A DNA stretch of 64,000 bases from Malacoraja senta (lineage: Eukaryota). This document shows, piece after piece, positions 1-10,639 of this stretch. Under the pieces are notes generated by a model. The model saw only the letters and a program-made list of their open reading frames with translations, did no database searches and was not told where the DNA came from. The stretch covers positions 310,001 through 374,000 of the forward strand of contig CM075999.1 of NCBI GenBank assembly GCA_038087875.1. Reading direction: 5' to 3'. The stretch's first letter is position 1, and each line of letters starts with the position of its first letter. A program made the translations under genes and the position numbers.

Positions 1-100
1 GCTTGCAGTTTTTCAAAGGAGGCTTTGGGAACATTCTTGAATTATTTTCTCTCTAAGTATCAATAACAGTTCCTGTGACAGAGCTGGGATGAGATGAAAA

Positions 101-200
101 AGTCTGAAGAAGGGTCTCGACCTGAAACGTCACCTATTCCTTTTCTCCAGAGATGCTGCCTGACCTGCTGAGTTACCCCAGCGTTTTGTGCCTATCTTCT
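101..200 (+). mobile_element. Penelope-terminus-derived short repeat with minimal hammerhead-like motif
   Basis: CTGAAGA-AGGGTCTCGACCT-GAAACGTC followed by AGATGCTGCCTGACCTGCTGAGTTAC; same sequence follows the GIY-YIG ORF at 47059-47670. Confidence 0.7.
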
Positions 201-309
201 GGGAATAGAGAAACTGTTTCTGAAGTTGAGCAGACAAATTGTGTCAACTAAAGTCTATAAAAGGCATTCAACTTTTAACCCTGTAAATAAAGTTTTAAAA
301 AAAACTTTT

Positions 310-512
310 CATCAAAGTGCTGGAGGAACTCAACAGGTTAGACAGCATTTGTGAAGTCTTATCGGGTTGGGAATCTTCATCAGTCTGAAGAAGGGTCCCA
401 ACCCGAAATTACATCTGTTCATTCCCTCCCCAGATGCTGCCTGACCTGCTGAGTCCTTCCAGCACTTTGTGTTTTACTCAAGTTTACAGCATCTACAGTT
501 CCTTGCATCTCC
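310..512. mobile_element. Penelope-terminus-derived inverted-repeat element
   Basis: CAAAGTGCTGGAGGAACTCA arm and its inverse TGAGTCCTTCCAGCACTTTG flank a CTGAAGA...GAAA core. Confidence 0.6.
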
Positions 513-1032
513 ATTTTAATTACAGCAACCTGACTTGTATAGTTTAATTTAGTTTAGAAATACGGCATGAAAACAGCCCCACTGAGTCCATGCTGGCCAT
601 CATTAACCTGTTCACACCAGTACTATATTATCTCACTTTGCCATCCAACCCCTTTTCAATACAGGACATAAAATAATTTACTTCCTACTTCCTCAGCTGA
701 ACTACATACCAACTCTCTGAATTCTATGAACCTACAGTTTATAACAAAGGTTATTTGAACAAATGTTTGCTGCTTTCTTGGAAGATAAAGGTTATTTGCC
801 GAATTTTCAAGAATGCAAAGTAGCTATGCTTGGAACAAACACGGCAAACATATTTTCATATTTCACATCGGTATTGATTTTTGGTTCATGTGTGAAAGAT
901 TGGTGCCAACTGCGAACAAGTCCACCCGGTTTTTCAAGCCTTTCAACAGCAGACGTAATGTCACTTGCAAGTGAACAGATCAAACAGCAACACACAACAC
1001 AGCCAACTAAATTGTGGAATCCCTACTGAGAC

Positions 1033-1060
1033 CTGAGAGGGGAGAAGAGGAAATGTGAGT
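1033..1060 (-). other. Candidate 3' splice acceptor
   Basis: Minus strand reads ACTCAC-ATTTCCTCTTCTCCCCTCTCAG|G: branch-point-like CTCAC, pyrimidine tract, CAG; apparently non-repetitive sequence follows. Confidence 0.35.
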
Positions 1061-1074
1061 GATCCTTGATTATA

Positions 1075-1423
1075 TAGACACAAGGAACCACAGATGCTGG
1101 TTTACAAAAAAAAAAGACACAAAGTGCTGGAATAACTCAGCTGGTCAGGCGGCATCTTCGAAGAATATGGATAGGTCACAAGTTCACATGTCCACAAGCT
1201 ATAGGAGTAGAATTAGGCCGTTTGGTCCATCGAGTTTACATGATGTTTCAGGTTGGGACCCTTCTTCAGTCTAATTGTAGCCGGGGGGAGATACCAGGAA
1301 AATAAATGTGGGGACAGGATAATGCCTGGCAAGTGATAGGTGGATGCGTCTGTGAGGGGGATTTTGATTGGCAAATGGTTGGTCAGAGGCCTGACCTGAA
1401 AAGACAAAAAGTGTGAGATAAGA
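1075..1423 (-). mobile_element. Decayed Penelope-derived terminus; resumes at ~2650-2780 after the CR1 insertion
   Basis: CAGATGCTGG...AAAGTGCTGG...CCCTTCTTCAG motifs; purine-rich segment continues after the CR1 tail. Confidence 0.5.
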
Positions 1424-2650
1424 GGATAAGGGAGAACCAGTGGATGTGTTATATCTGGACTTTCAGAAGGCTTTCGACAAGGTCCCACATAAGAGATTAG
1501 TATACAAACTTAAAGCACACGGTATTGGGGGTTCAGTATTGATGTGGATAGAGAACTGGCTGGCAAACAGGAAGCAAAGAGTAGGAGTAAACGGGTCCTT
1601 TTCAGAATGGCAGACAGTGACTAGTGGGGTACCGCAAGGCTCAGTGCTGTGACCCCAGCTATTTACAATATATATTAATGATTTGGATGAGGGAATTGAA
1701 TGCAACATCTCCAAGTTTGCGGATGACACGAAGCTGGGGGGCAGTGTTAGCTGTGAGGAGGATGCTAGGAGGCTGCAAGGTGACTTGGATAGGCTGGGTG
1801 AGTGGGCAAATGCATGGCAGATGCAGTATAATGTGGATAAATGTGAGGTTATCCACTTTGGTGGCAAAAACAGGAAAGTAGACTATTATCTGAATGGTGG
1901 CCGATTAGGAAAAGGGGAGATGCAACGAGACCTGGGTGTCATGGTACACCAGTCATTGAAAGTAGGCATGCAGGTGCAGCAGGCAGTGAAGAAAGTGAAT
2001 GGTATGTTAGCATTCATAGCAAAAGGATTTGAGTATAGGAGCAGGGAGATTCTACTGCAGTTGTACAGGGTCTTGGTGAGACCACACCTGGAGTATTGGG
2101 TACAGTTTTGGTCTCCAAATCTGAGGCAATACATTCTTGCCATAGAGGGAGTACAGAGAAGGTTCACCAGACTGATTCCTGGGATGTCAGGACTTTCGTA
2201 TGAAGAAAGACTGGATAGACTCGGCTTGTACTCGCTAGAATTTAGTAGATTGAGGGGGGATCTTATAGAAACTTACAAAATTCTTAAGGGGTTGGACAGG
2301 CTAGATGCAGGAAGATTGTTCCCGATGTTGGGGAAGTCCAGGACAAGGGATCATAGTTTAAGGATAAAGGGGAAATCTTTTAGGACCGAGATGAGAAAAG
2401 AAAATTTCACACAGAGAGTGGTGAATCTCTGGAATTCTCTGCCACAGAAGGTAGTTAAGGCCAGTTCATTGGCTATATTTAAGAGGAAGTTAGATGTGGC
2501 CCTTGTGGCTAAAAGGATCAGGGGGTATGGAGAGAAGGCAGGTACAGGATACTGAGTTGGATGATCAGCATTCAATTCAATATTGAATGGCGGTGCAGGC
2601 TCGAAGGGCCGAATGGCCCACTCGTGCACCTATTTTCTATGTTTCTATGA
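1424..2650 (+). mobile_element. 5'-truncated CR1 LINE (RT domain to 3' tail), with a premature stop
   Basis: ORFs 1440-1652 (YLDFQKAFDKVPH, SGVPQGSVL) and 1683-2555 (KFADDTKL, RPHLEY, RLRGDLIETYK); TTTCTATG repeat tail. Confidence 0.95.
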
Positions 2651-3435
2651 TAGAAGCGGCATGAAATGTGAAGCTGAGGAAGGAATATGGGTGAAGGGTA
2701 CAGGGGAAGGGGAAAGGGAGAAATGGGTGCACAACTTGGTGGAGCACAGGGAGGTTGAGGAGAAGGGGGAAGGCTGCTTTGTGTGATGGGCAGTGTATGT
2801 GCAAGATAGCGTGTGTGTGCGTGTGGACCCTCTGTGCAATATCTAGGCCCGCATAAAGGCAGCAATCCTGAATGGAAATACACGATACTGCCAGTGCAAT
2901 CTGTGGTAGCTCTAACTTTAGACCTCAGCTTTCACCTGCAAGGATACTCCCCCAGTGAGACTTGGTATCGACATTGGCAGCATACGCACACTGATTGCGT
3001 AACCAACTTGCCATATCTTTGAGAGCACATTAAATTAGGGTTAAACTGAGCCAACATGAGTGAGTGAAAGACATCATTGCTCAGGTGGCTGCGTAAATGG
3101 ATAGTAACACCAGGGCATGTTCGTCGGTCAGTGAGATGCTCCCACATTCCAAACATTCTTGAAAGAATTCTTCCATCCTATGATATTTTGATGTTAGAGG
3201 AAGGGTGTATCTTTGTTTATTTTGGCACCCATCTGTCTACCTCCACGTACCCTGTCCACTTGATGACCTATTTAGTTTTATAATCTCAATTTCGAATTAC
3301 AAAAAATAGTCCAAGGTGGAGCCATAATTAATTTCTTTCAATCTTTTTCAAGAGTTAAAATGGATGAGTGTAGAATTGCACAAGGTTTCGATTTTAAAAC
3401 AGACACAGACGTTTAAACACTGAACAAGTCTTGGT

Positions 3436-3511
3436 GTGTAAGAAAGAACTGCAGATGCTGGTTTAAATCGAAGGTAGACGGGCGACGTTTTGGGTCGAGA
3501 CCCTTCTTCAG
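3436..3511 (-). mobile_element. Penelope-derived mini-insertion with 12-bp target duplication
   Basis: ACAAGTCTTGGT at 3424-3435 and 3512-3523; minus strand begins CTGAAGAAGGGTCTCGACCCAAAACGTC. Confidence 0.75.
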
Positions 3512-4059
3512 ACAAGTCTTGGTTCTATTTTACAGGAAAATAAAGAAAATGTTCATTATGGTTGTGTTGAATCTCTCCACCCCAGAGGGTTGTGGTTTTT
3601 TTGTGGAAGTCTTTAATAAGGAGGAAGATACATTTTTGAGAGATTGGAGAAATGAATGCAATGGGGAAGTGGCAGAGAAGGTTTGCAGAAATTTGAGCAG
3701 TCCTGCTCCCATGTTCTTGTTGTGGCTTTCTCATCCAAATTAAAACTAATTGAAGTTACTAAGTGGAGCTAACCAGATGAATTCATCTTTTGAGGTGTCT
3801 AGAATTACACCACCAAAATCATAGTTTACATAATAAAAAACACTTTGCCAGTTTTGAGCTCCAGAGGCAAAATTGTAAATGACATAAAGTCAGGAAAAGA
3901 TTACGTGCTGCTAACATTGAAGCTCACCAAATATCTTCCTCAAAACCGTAAATACATGTTTTCTGAATTTAGTGTATTTAATGCTAACTCTAACTTTGTG
4001 AACAGGACTATAATGGTATTATTTTTGTCATATGATTTATTCTATATCTTATCAGTCTC

Positions 4060-4648
4060 GTGAATATGTGTGAGTATGCGCAGTGTACTTTTGACGTGCC
4101 AACTCCATGGCCAAAGCAGCTTTGCATGCCAAATCAAGGGGCTGGTGTGTTGGGTAATTTTGGTTGGATTCGCTCAACCAGCATTCCACCTACAAATCTA
4201 TCACCTCGATCCAGAAATGTCGCAAAATTACAGTGTAGAGACAACTTCTTCAATGAGATAATGTACTCACCCACAGTCTCGCCAGACTTCTGGTTTCTTG
4301 TGTGAAATTTGTAACTTTCTGCAATCTCTATGGGCTCAGGGTTGATGTGAGCATCAAGTTTTGAAAGAACAGTCTCAAATGAAACATTCCTTGCATTCTC
4401 TGGGGCTAGGGTGTTGGTGAGAGTTTCATAAACTTCAGGACTAATTTCAATTAATAGAATGGATTTCTTTCATTCCTGGATGGATTGTTTTGTGCTCTTA
4501 CCAGCACCTTATCATCATTCTCTCTTTCTTCAGCTTCAATTATCTAATTTGCAATAAAAAACATTTCCATTCGCTCACAGTACAATGTAAAGGTTTCACA
4601 GTTCTTGTCGAAAGTCCCTAGTCGGCCCATGTATCCCAAGGACGCCAT
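4060..4648 (-). pseudogene. Ty3/Gypsy gag remnant
   Basis: Manual minus-strand translation MASLGYMGRLGTFDKNCETFTLYCERMEMF... and ...EIAESYKFHTRNQKSGETVGEYIISLKKLSLHCNF, typical Gypsy gag N-terminus; frameshifts and stops. Confidence 0.8.
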
Positions 4649-4861
4649 CTTGCCCCGTAGACACAACACAAAGATAGCATGACAAACTTTAGACGGTTTG
4701 TACAGCTGCTGTTTTAAACTACAGTCCCTTGCGGCCTATCATGTCCAGTTTGCAAACAACTGCGTCATAACTTCGTATTTGCTGTTTAAAATGTTAAACA
4801 ATACTGCATATTGCAAAACAATCCTGTACTGTATTTAAATGTTGAGTTCACAAACTATCTG

Positions 4862-4874
4862 ATCCTCGTCGCCA
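4862..4874 (-). other. Primer-binding site complementary to the tRNA-Ser(GCT) 3' end
   Basis: TGGCGACGAGGAT on minus strand is the complement of ATCCTCGTCG-CCA, directly after a ...TGCAA end and ~210 bp before the gag ATG. Confidence 0.75.
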
Positions 4875-4949
4875 TTGCAGGTTATTACGGCTTCAGCATG
4901 TAGATAGAAACAAGCACAGGTTTTCAGTGCACGCTGTTGCCAGTGTGGG

Positions 4950-6150
4950 TCTTCTTTCTCGATTTGTGCATAATTACGCTCACTCTTCGTAAATGTGCAT
5001 GATGCAAATGCTATAGGCTTTTCTTGTCCATGTTCCATTACATGTGAAATCACAGCTCCTACCCCACAACTAGACGAATCACAAGCTAACTTTAACTCGC
5101 GATTTATATCGTAGTAAACAAGTAATGCATCACTGGTCAAACTCTTCTTATATGCATCATAAGCATTTTGTTGCTCTTTGGACCATTCCCATTTTTTAAT
5201 CCTTTTTCAACAACTTGTGAAGAGGAGCAGGCTTTGTTGCTAACTCGGGCAAGAAACGTGAGTAATACTGTACCATACCGAAGGAGCTGGGTTGAAACAC
5301 ATTCTGTGGTGTTGGTGCGTTTGTTATAGCTTCAATCTTTTCCTTCACTGCTTGTAGTCCATGTTGATCCACTTTCAAACCAAGATACACTACTTTGGTC
5401 TGTAAGAGTACACATTTGCTTCTTTTCAACTTTATATTGGATCATCAAGCCGTTTCAACACTTCACTGAGTATCTCCAGATTCTCCTCCTCAGTAAGTCA
5501 GAATCAGCAAGTCATCTTAATTGCTCAAACAATGAGATGTTCCTGGCAGAATCTTGTCCATTGTAGCTTGGTAGATTTTTGGTGCTGACTTCACACCACA
5601 GGGTAGTTTTGTGTAGGAATACAGCCCTATGTGTGTGTTTATCGTGAGGTACTGCTGGCTCTTACGATCAACATTTAGCTGAACATATGCATGTGACAGA
5701 TCTAGCTCAGAGAATACCTTGGAACCAGCAAATTCAGTGTATAAATCTTGTGAGGTTGGTTGTGGATACTCTTTCACCATCTACTGCCTGGTTTAATGGT
5801 CACTTTGTAGTCTCCACATGATTTTAATGTGTTGTCCGCTTTCAGAACCACTACTATTGGAGTAGCCCAATCACTGCGATCTATTTTAACCAGAACACTG
5901 TTTTGTTCCAACCTTTTGATTTCAGCTTCCACTTTACTTTTCAGCGAATATGGCACCGATCGCAGTCTACAATTGACAGGTTCCACATCGGGTCGAATCC
6001 TGATGTGTAGTTGCTCACCCTTTATGCCATCGTAGCTATCATTGAAAATAGCATGATGTTACTGCAACAACTGATCCAGTTGTGTTTGTGTTTCGACTTG
6101 GAATACAGATTTCCAGTCCAGTTTCAGTAACCTGAGCCAATCTTTGCCCA
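4950..6150 (-). pseudogene. Ty3/Gypsy pol remnant (protease end, RT, RNase H start)
   Basis: ORF track: LMGKDWL, DWATPIVVV, GDYKVT, FSELDLSHAY, YLTINTHIGLYSY, LACDSSSCGVGAV, ERNYAQIEKE. Confidence 0.92.
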
Positions 6151-6154
6151 TCAA

Positions 6155-6352
6155 CGTTGTAGTGCTTGGGAACAGCTCAATCCAAGACTGCAAAAAATTG
6201 CACAGAGTTATGGACGTAGCCCAGACCATCACGCAAACCATCCTCCCTTCTAATGACTTAATCTACATCACGCTTCCTCAGCAAAGCCCCCATCATAATC
6301 AAAGACTAGTCTCACCCAATCACTACCTCTTCCATCAGGCAAGAGATACAGA
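6155..6352 (+). mobile_element. Rex1/Babar LINE 3' ORF fragment
   Basis: KKLHRVMDVAQTITQTILPS, homologous to KRLQKIVNTAQSIIGSDLPS at 45670-45948. Confidence 0.65.
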
Positions 6353-6595
6353 AATGTAATAGGAACCTGAGGGGCAACTTTTTCACACAAAGAGTGACGG
6401 GTATATGGAATGAGCTGCCAGAGGAGGCTGTTGAGGCTGGTACTAGAACAACATTTAAAATACATTTGGACAGCTACATGGATACGGTTTGATGGATAAG
6501 GACTAAACGTGGGTAGGTGGGACGAGCATAGATGGTTGGCATGGGCAAGATGGGCCGAATGGACTGTTTCCATGCTGTGTGACTCTATGACTATT
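6353..6595 (+). mobile_element. CR1 3' end fragment
   Basis: GGCAACTTTTTCACACAAAGAGTG...TGGAATGAGCTGCCAGAGG...GGGCCGAATGG...GACTCTATGACT tail. Confidence 0.75.
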
Positions 6596-6756
6596 TGTCA
6601 TGTTAATGTACATTAATGAACACAGCCAACAGATAAACAGGGACATTGTTCCTCGTGTTTACAATGCTTAAGTTTGCATTGAATTCGGTCTCGGCATTGA
6701 AAGGGCAGTTGAAAGGTTCTGTTTGAAAATGCTGACAAGAACATTGGATTTGCTGT

Positions 6757-7356
6757 TAGACAAAAAAGCTGGAGAAACTCAGCGGGTGAGGCAGCATCTA
6801 TAGAGTGAAGGAAATAGGCGACGTTTTGGGTTGAGACCCTTCTTCAGACTGATGTGGGGGTGGGGGGGGGCTAGAAGAACAAAGGAAGAGGCGGAGACAG
6901 TGGGCTGTGGGAGAGCTGGGAAGGGGAAGGGGAAAGAGGGAGAAAGCAGGGACTACCTGAAATTGGGGAAGTCAATGTTCATACCACTGGGGTGTAAACT
7001 ACACAAATGAAATATGAGGTGCTGCTCTCTCAATTTATGGTGGGCCTCACTCTGGCCATGGAGGAGGCCCAGGGCAGAAAGGTCGGATTCAGAATGGGAG
7101 GGGGAGTTGAAGTGCTGAGCCACCGGAGGATCAAGTTGGTTATTGCGGACCAAGCGGAGGTGTTGGGCGAAGCGATCGCCAAGCCTACGCTTGGTCTCAC
7201 CGATGTAGAGCAGCTGACATCTAGAGCAGCGGATGCAATAGATGAGGTTGGAGGAAGTGCAGGTGAACCTCTGCCTCACCTGGAAGGACTGCTTGGGTCC
7301 TTGGATGCAGTCGAGGGTGGAGGTAAAGTGACAAGTGTAGCATTTCCTGCGGTTGC
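6757..7356 (-). mobile_element. Penelope-like element 3' part: GIY-YIG endonuclease plus terminus
   Basis: ORF 6953-7279 (NLIYCIRCSRCQLLYIGETKRRL..RF..H, REQHLI, GMN); hammerhead-like core at ~6820-6849. Confidence 0.92.
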
Positions 7357-7894
7357 TGTGTTCTCTTTAATATGCTTTGTATCTTTGTGTGAGTAATCAA
7401 AAAAAACACCCGCAGAGGACTGACTTATTGGACAAATATGTATGTAAACAGTGCAGCAGGCACCTACACTGTGCACAACTTCAAAGAAGTTTGACTTTCA
7501 TAACATCTGCTCTATTCATAAAATATGCACTTGTGCAAACAGGAAATGACTGGCTTTATTCCTTATCCAAAGCACGTCATTGAAATTGCTCAAAATATTT
7601 AAGTATGTCAATATGACACCAAACTTTCATTCTTAAGCATTCCATTGGCAATATGTGTGAGAGGATGATGCGTGGGACCCATCCCTCAGTGTCTACTGGT
7701 GGGCCCACCCTACTGTGGCTTTTCTCCAATGAGCCTTTGTATTGGCTGCACCGCGCTTCAGTGCCTTCTTCAGTACACACTCCTGCAACCATGCATCCGT
7801 AACGTGTCAGGGACAGGAGGACCAAACGTTTGTAGACTACAGTGTGCAGCGAGTCCCTCTAAAGTGAATGGGGATCAATTTCTTCAAAAAAAAG

Positions 7895-8432
7895 CCACAC
7901 AAGACGCTGGAATAACTCAATGGATCAGTCAACATCTCTGCAGAACATGAATAGGTGATGCTTTAGGTGGGACCCTTCTACAGACAGATTGTACCAGGGG
8001 GGAGGAGGGAGGAGGAAGGGGGGTGAGGGTGAGGGGGGGGGGGTGGAGTAAGCTGATAAAGAGAGGTGGTGGCAGAACAAAGCCTGGCAAGTGATAGCCG
8101 GATACAGGTGAACGGGTTTTGATAGACACGTGGGTGGTCAAAGGCTAACGGAGAAAAGGATGCAATAGGGTGTCAGATAAGGAAAGGAGGGGTGAAATGT
8201 GCAGCCAGAGGAAGGGATATAGGTGGACGGAGGCAGGGGAAGAGGAAAGGAGGGATGGATAGTGGGAGAAACGGGTGCACATGTAGGGAAGATAGGGGAG
8301 ACAAAAGGGAGGGGGATGTTCTTTAAAATTGGAGAATTCATACCACGGGGTTGAAAGCCACCCAAGCAGAATATGAGGTGCTGTCCTTCCAGTCTGGGTG
8401 TGGCCTATTTCTGGCAATGGGGGTGGCTCAGG
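7895..8432 (-). mobile_element. Decayed Penelope 3' fragment
   Basis: Reverse complement resembles the GIY-YIG C-terminus (CAGCACCTCATATT) and terminus motifs. Confidence 0.65.
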
Positions 8433-8555
8433 ATGTGGATAAATGTGAGGTTATCCACTTTGATGGCAAGAACAGGAAGGCAGATTATTATCTGAATGGT
8501 ATCAGATTAGGAAAAGGGAAGGTGCAACGAGACCTGGGTGTGCTTGTGCATCAGT

Positions 8556-9420
8556 AAAGTAAAGTAACGTAAATTTTATTTATATAGCACGTTTAAATCA
8601 ACTCACGATGAAACCAAAGTGCTTTACATAAAATAAATAATTTAAAAAATAATAAAGTTTCCGTACATCCATAGAAAAATTAAAAATCAGAAAAAAGACA
8701 TAACACATTATAGAATTCAACAAGAACGTCCCCCCACAAAAGAATCAAAAATTTCCACTGCGGGGAAAGGCATCAAAAAGTTGAGTCCTCTTCCTCTGTG
8801 AAACACCTAAGGTCGGGGCCCATCTGTGGCCTCTGCAGCCAGTCCGATGTTTTTTTAAGGCCCTCTTTGCCGGAAAGCTGGAACTCCGGCGTTGGGTAAA
8901 CACTTCTCAGCGGCTTGGAAAATGTCTGGAGCGGCCGCTTCCTCCCCGGAGACCGCGGCACCCGTAGTCCTCAGGCCGCGCTGGTTGGAGCTCCGACTCT
9001 GGCGATCTCGGATCTCAGGCTCTGCGGTGTTCCAAATCCAGCGCCGCCCGCGGCTGGACGCCCTGCAGCCACAGCTCCTCGGATGTTGGAGTCGGCGGTC
9101 ACCGCACTCCGGAGCTTACTGCACGGCGACCCGGTAAGGCATCGCCCGCTCTGTGTTGGTATCCCAGCGCTGTGCCACCACCGAAGCTGTAGTCCCAGCC
9201 GGTCCCGACAGGAAAGGCCGCTCCAGTTTCGATGGTAGAACGCGAGGATGGGGCGAAGAAGCAACTCGGAGGGAAGCCGCCTCACCGACCAAGTAGGGAC
9301 TAGGAAATAAAGTTTCCCCCTTCCCCTCCCCCACCCACCACATAAAAGACCTCCAACTAACATTTGTTTTTTGACAGGACTAAAAATAAAAATTAAAAAG
9401 GGTGAAAGGGCGGAAAGGAC
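8556..9420 (-). mobile_element. GC-rich non-autonomous retroposon with L2-like 3' tail
   Basis: Minus strand ends TGTAAAGCACTTTGG...AAACGTGCTATATAAATAAAAT followed by (TTTAC)n; interrupts a CR1; no LINE ORF. Confidence 0.65.
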
Positions 9421-10315
9421 TGAAAGTAAGCATGTAGGTACAGCAGGCAGTGAAGAAAGCTAATGGCATGTTGGCCTTCATCACAAGAGGATTTGAGTTT
9501 AGGAGCAAGGAGATCCTATTGCAGTTGTACAGGGCCCTGGTGAGACCGGACCTGGAGTATTGTGTGCAATTTTGGTCTATAATTTGAAGAAGGACATTAT
9601 TGCTATTGAGGGAGTGCAGCGTAAGTTCCCGGGTTAATTCCCGGGATGGCAGGACTGACATATGATGAAAGAATGGGTCGACTGAGCTTGCATATTGTGC
9701 CGCACGATGACAGCCTCACCAACAGTCTGTCTGTCTTTTCGTCTTTTTTTTGTTATTTTTAGGTTGTTTTAAAAGTTTACTAGACCAAGTGCACACCCGT
9801 TGGGTCTGGACACCGAATGTGCGTTGGTGGGGGTGGGGGGGGCTGTGGCATCACATTAACCACACTAACCACATCACGTTGGGTCTGTTCCTCCAAAGCA
9901 CGGTTGCGTGGTGGGAATCTGGCACCCACAAACATACACACTCATCACACCCCTTGATATTATCTTAATTTTTTAATTGGCTTCTTTTATCCCATCTCCA
10001 CCCTATCCACTGACGAATAGCCCTCACCTCTCAGGTGCATCTAGAGGGGGGGGGGCAGAGAGAGAAAATGTAATGTTAGAAAAAAAAATTGAGGAGTAGG
10101 GTGGAGAGGAAGGGGGGAGAGGAAGGGTGGGAGAGGAGGGGGAGAGAGGAGGGGGAGAGAGGAGGGGGAGAGAGTAGGGGATGGAGAGAGGAAGGAGAGG
10201 ATGGTGGAGAGAGGTGAAGGGGGGGTTGGAGCGGGCGTGCATGAGTTGAGCCGCGAGCTGTGAATAGAGAAGGGTAGAGAGAGAGAGAGAGAGAGAGGGG
10301 AGAGACAGAGAGACT

Positions 10316-10498
10316 GGTACACAAAAAAAACTGGAGAAACTCAGCGGGTGCAACAGCATCTAATGGAACGAAGGAAATAGGCAACGATTTGGGCCGAACC
10401 CATCTTCAGACGGGTTTCGGCCCAAAACGTTGCCTATTTCCTTCGATCCATAGATGCTGCTTCACCCGCTGAGTTTTTCCATGTTTTTTATGTGTACC
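10316..10498. repeat. ~180-bp palindrome of Penelope-terminus sequence; a related copy is present in each array unit
   Basis: GGTACACAAAA..CTGGAGAAACTCAGCGGGTG...GGGCCGAACCC / loop ATCTTCAGAC / GGGTTTCGGCCC...CACCCGCTGAGTTTTTCC..TGTGTACC. Confidence 0.85.
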
Positions 10499-10639
10499 TT
10501 CGATTTTCCAGCATCTGCAGTTCCTTCTTAAAGATAGAGAGACTGTTGGCGGGCTGTTTCCCCAACGCGCGTTTGCGGGGGGGGGAGGGGGGTGGGGGGC
10601 TGCGACATCATACTCACACTAACCACCCCCAAACACACA

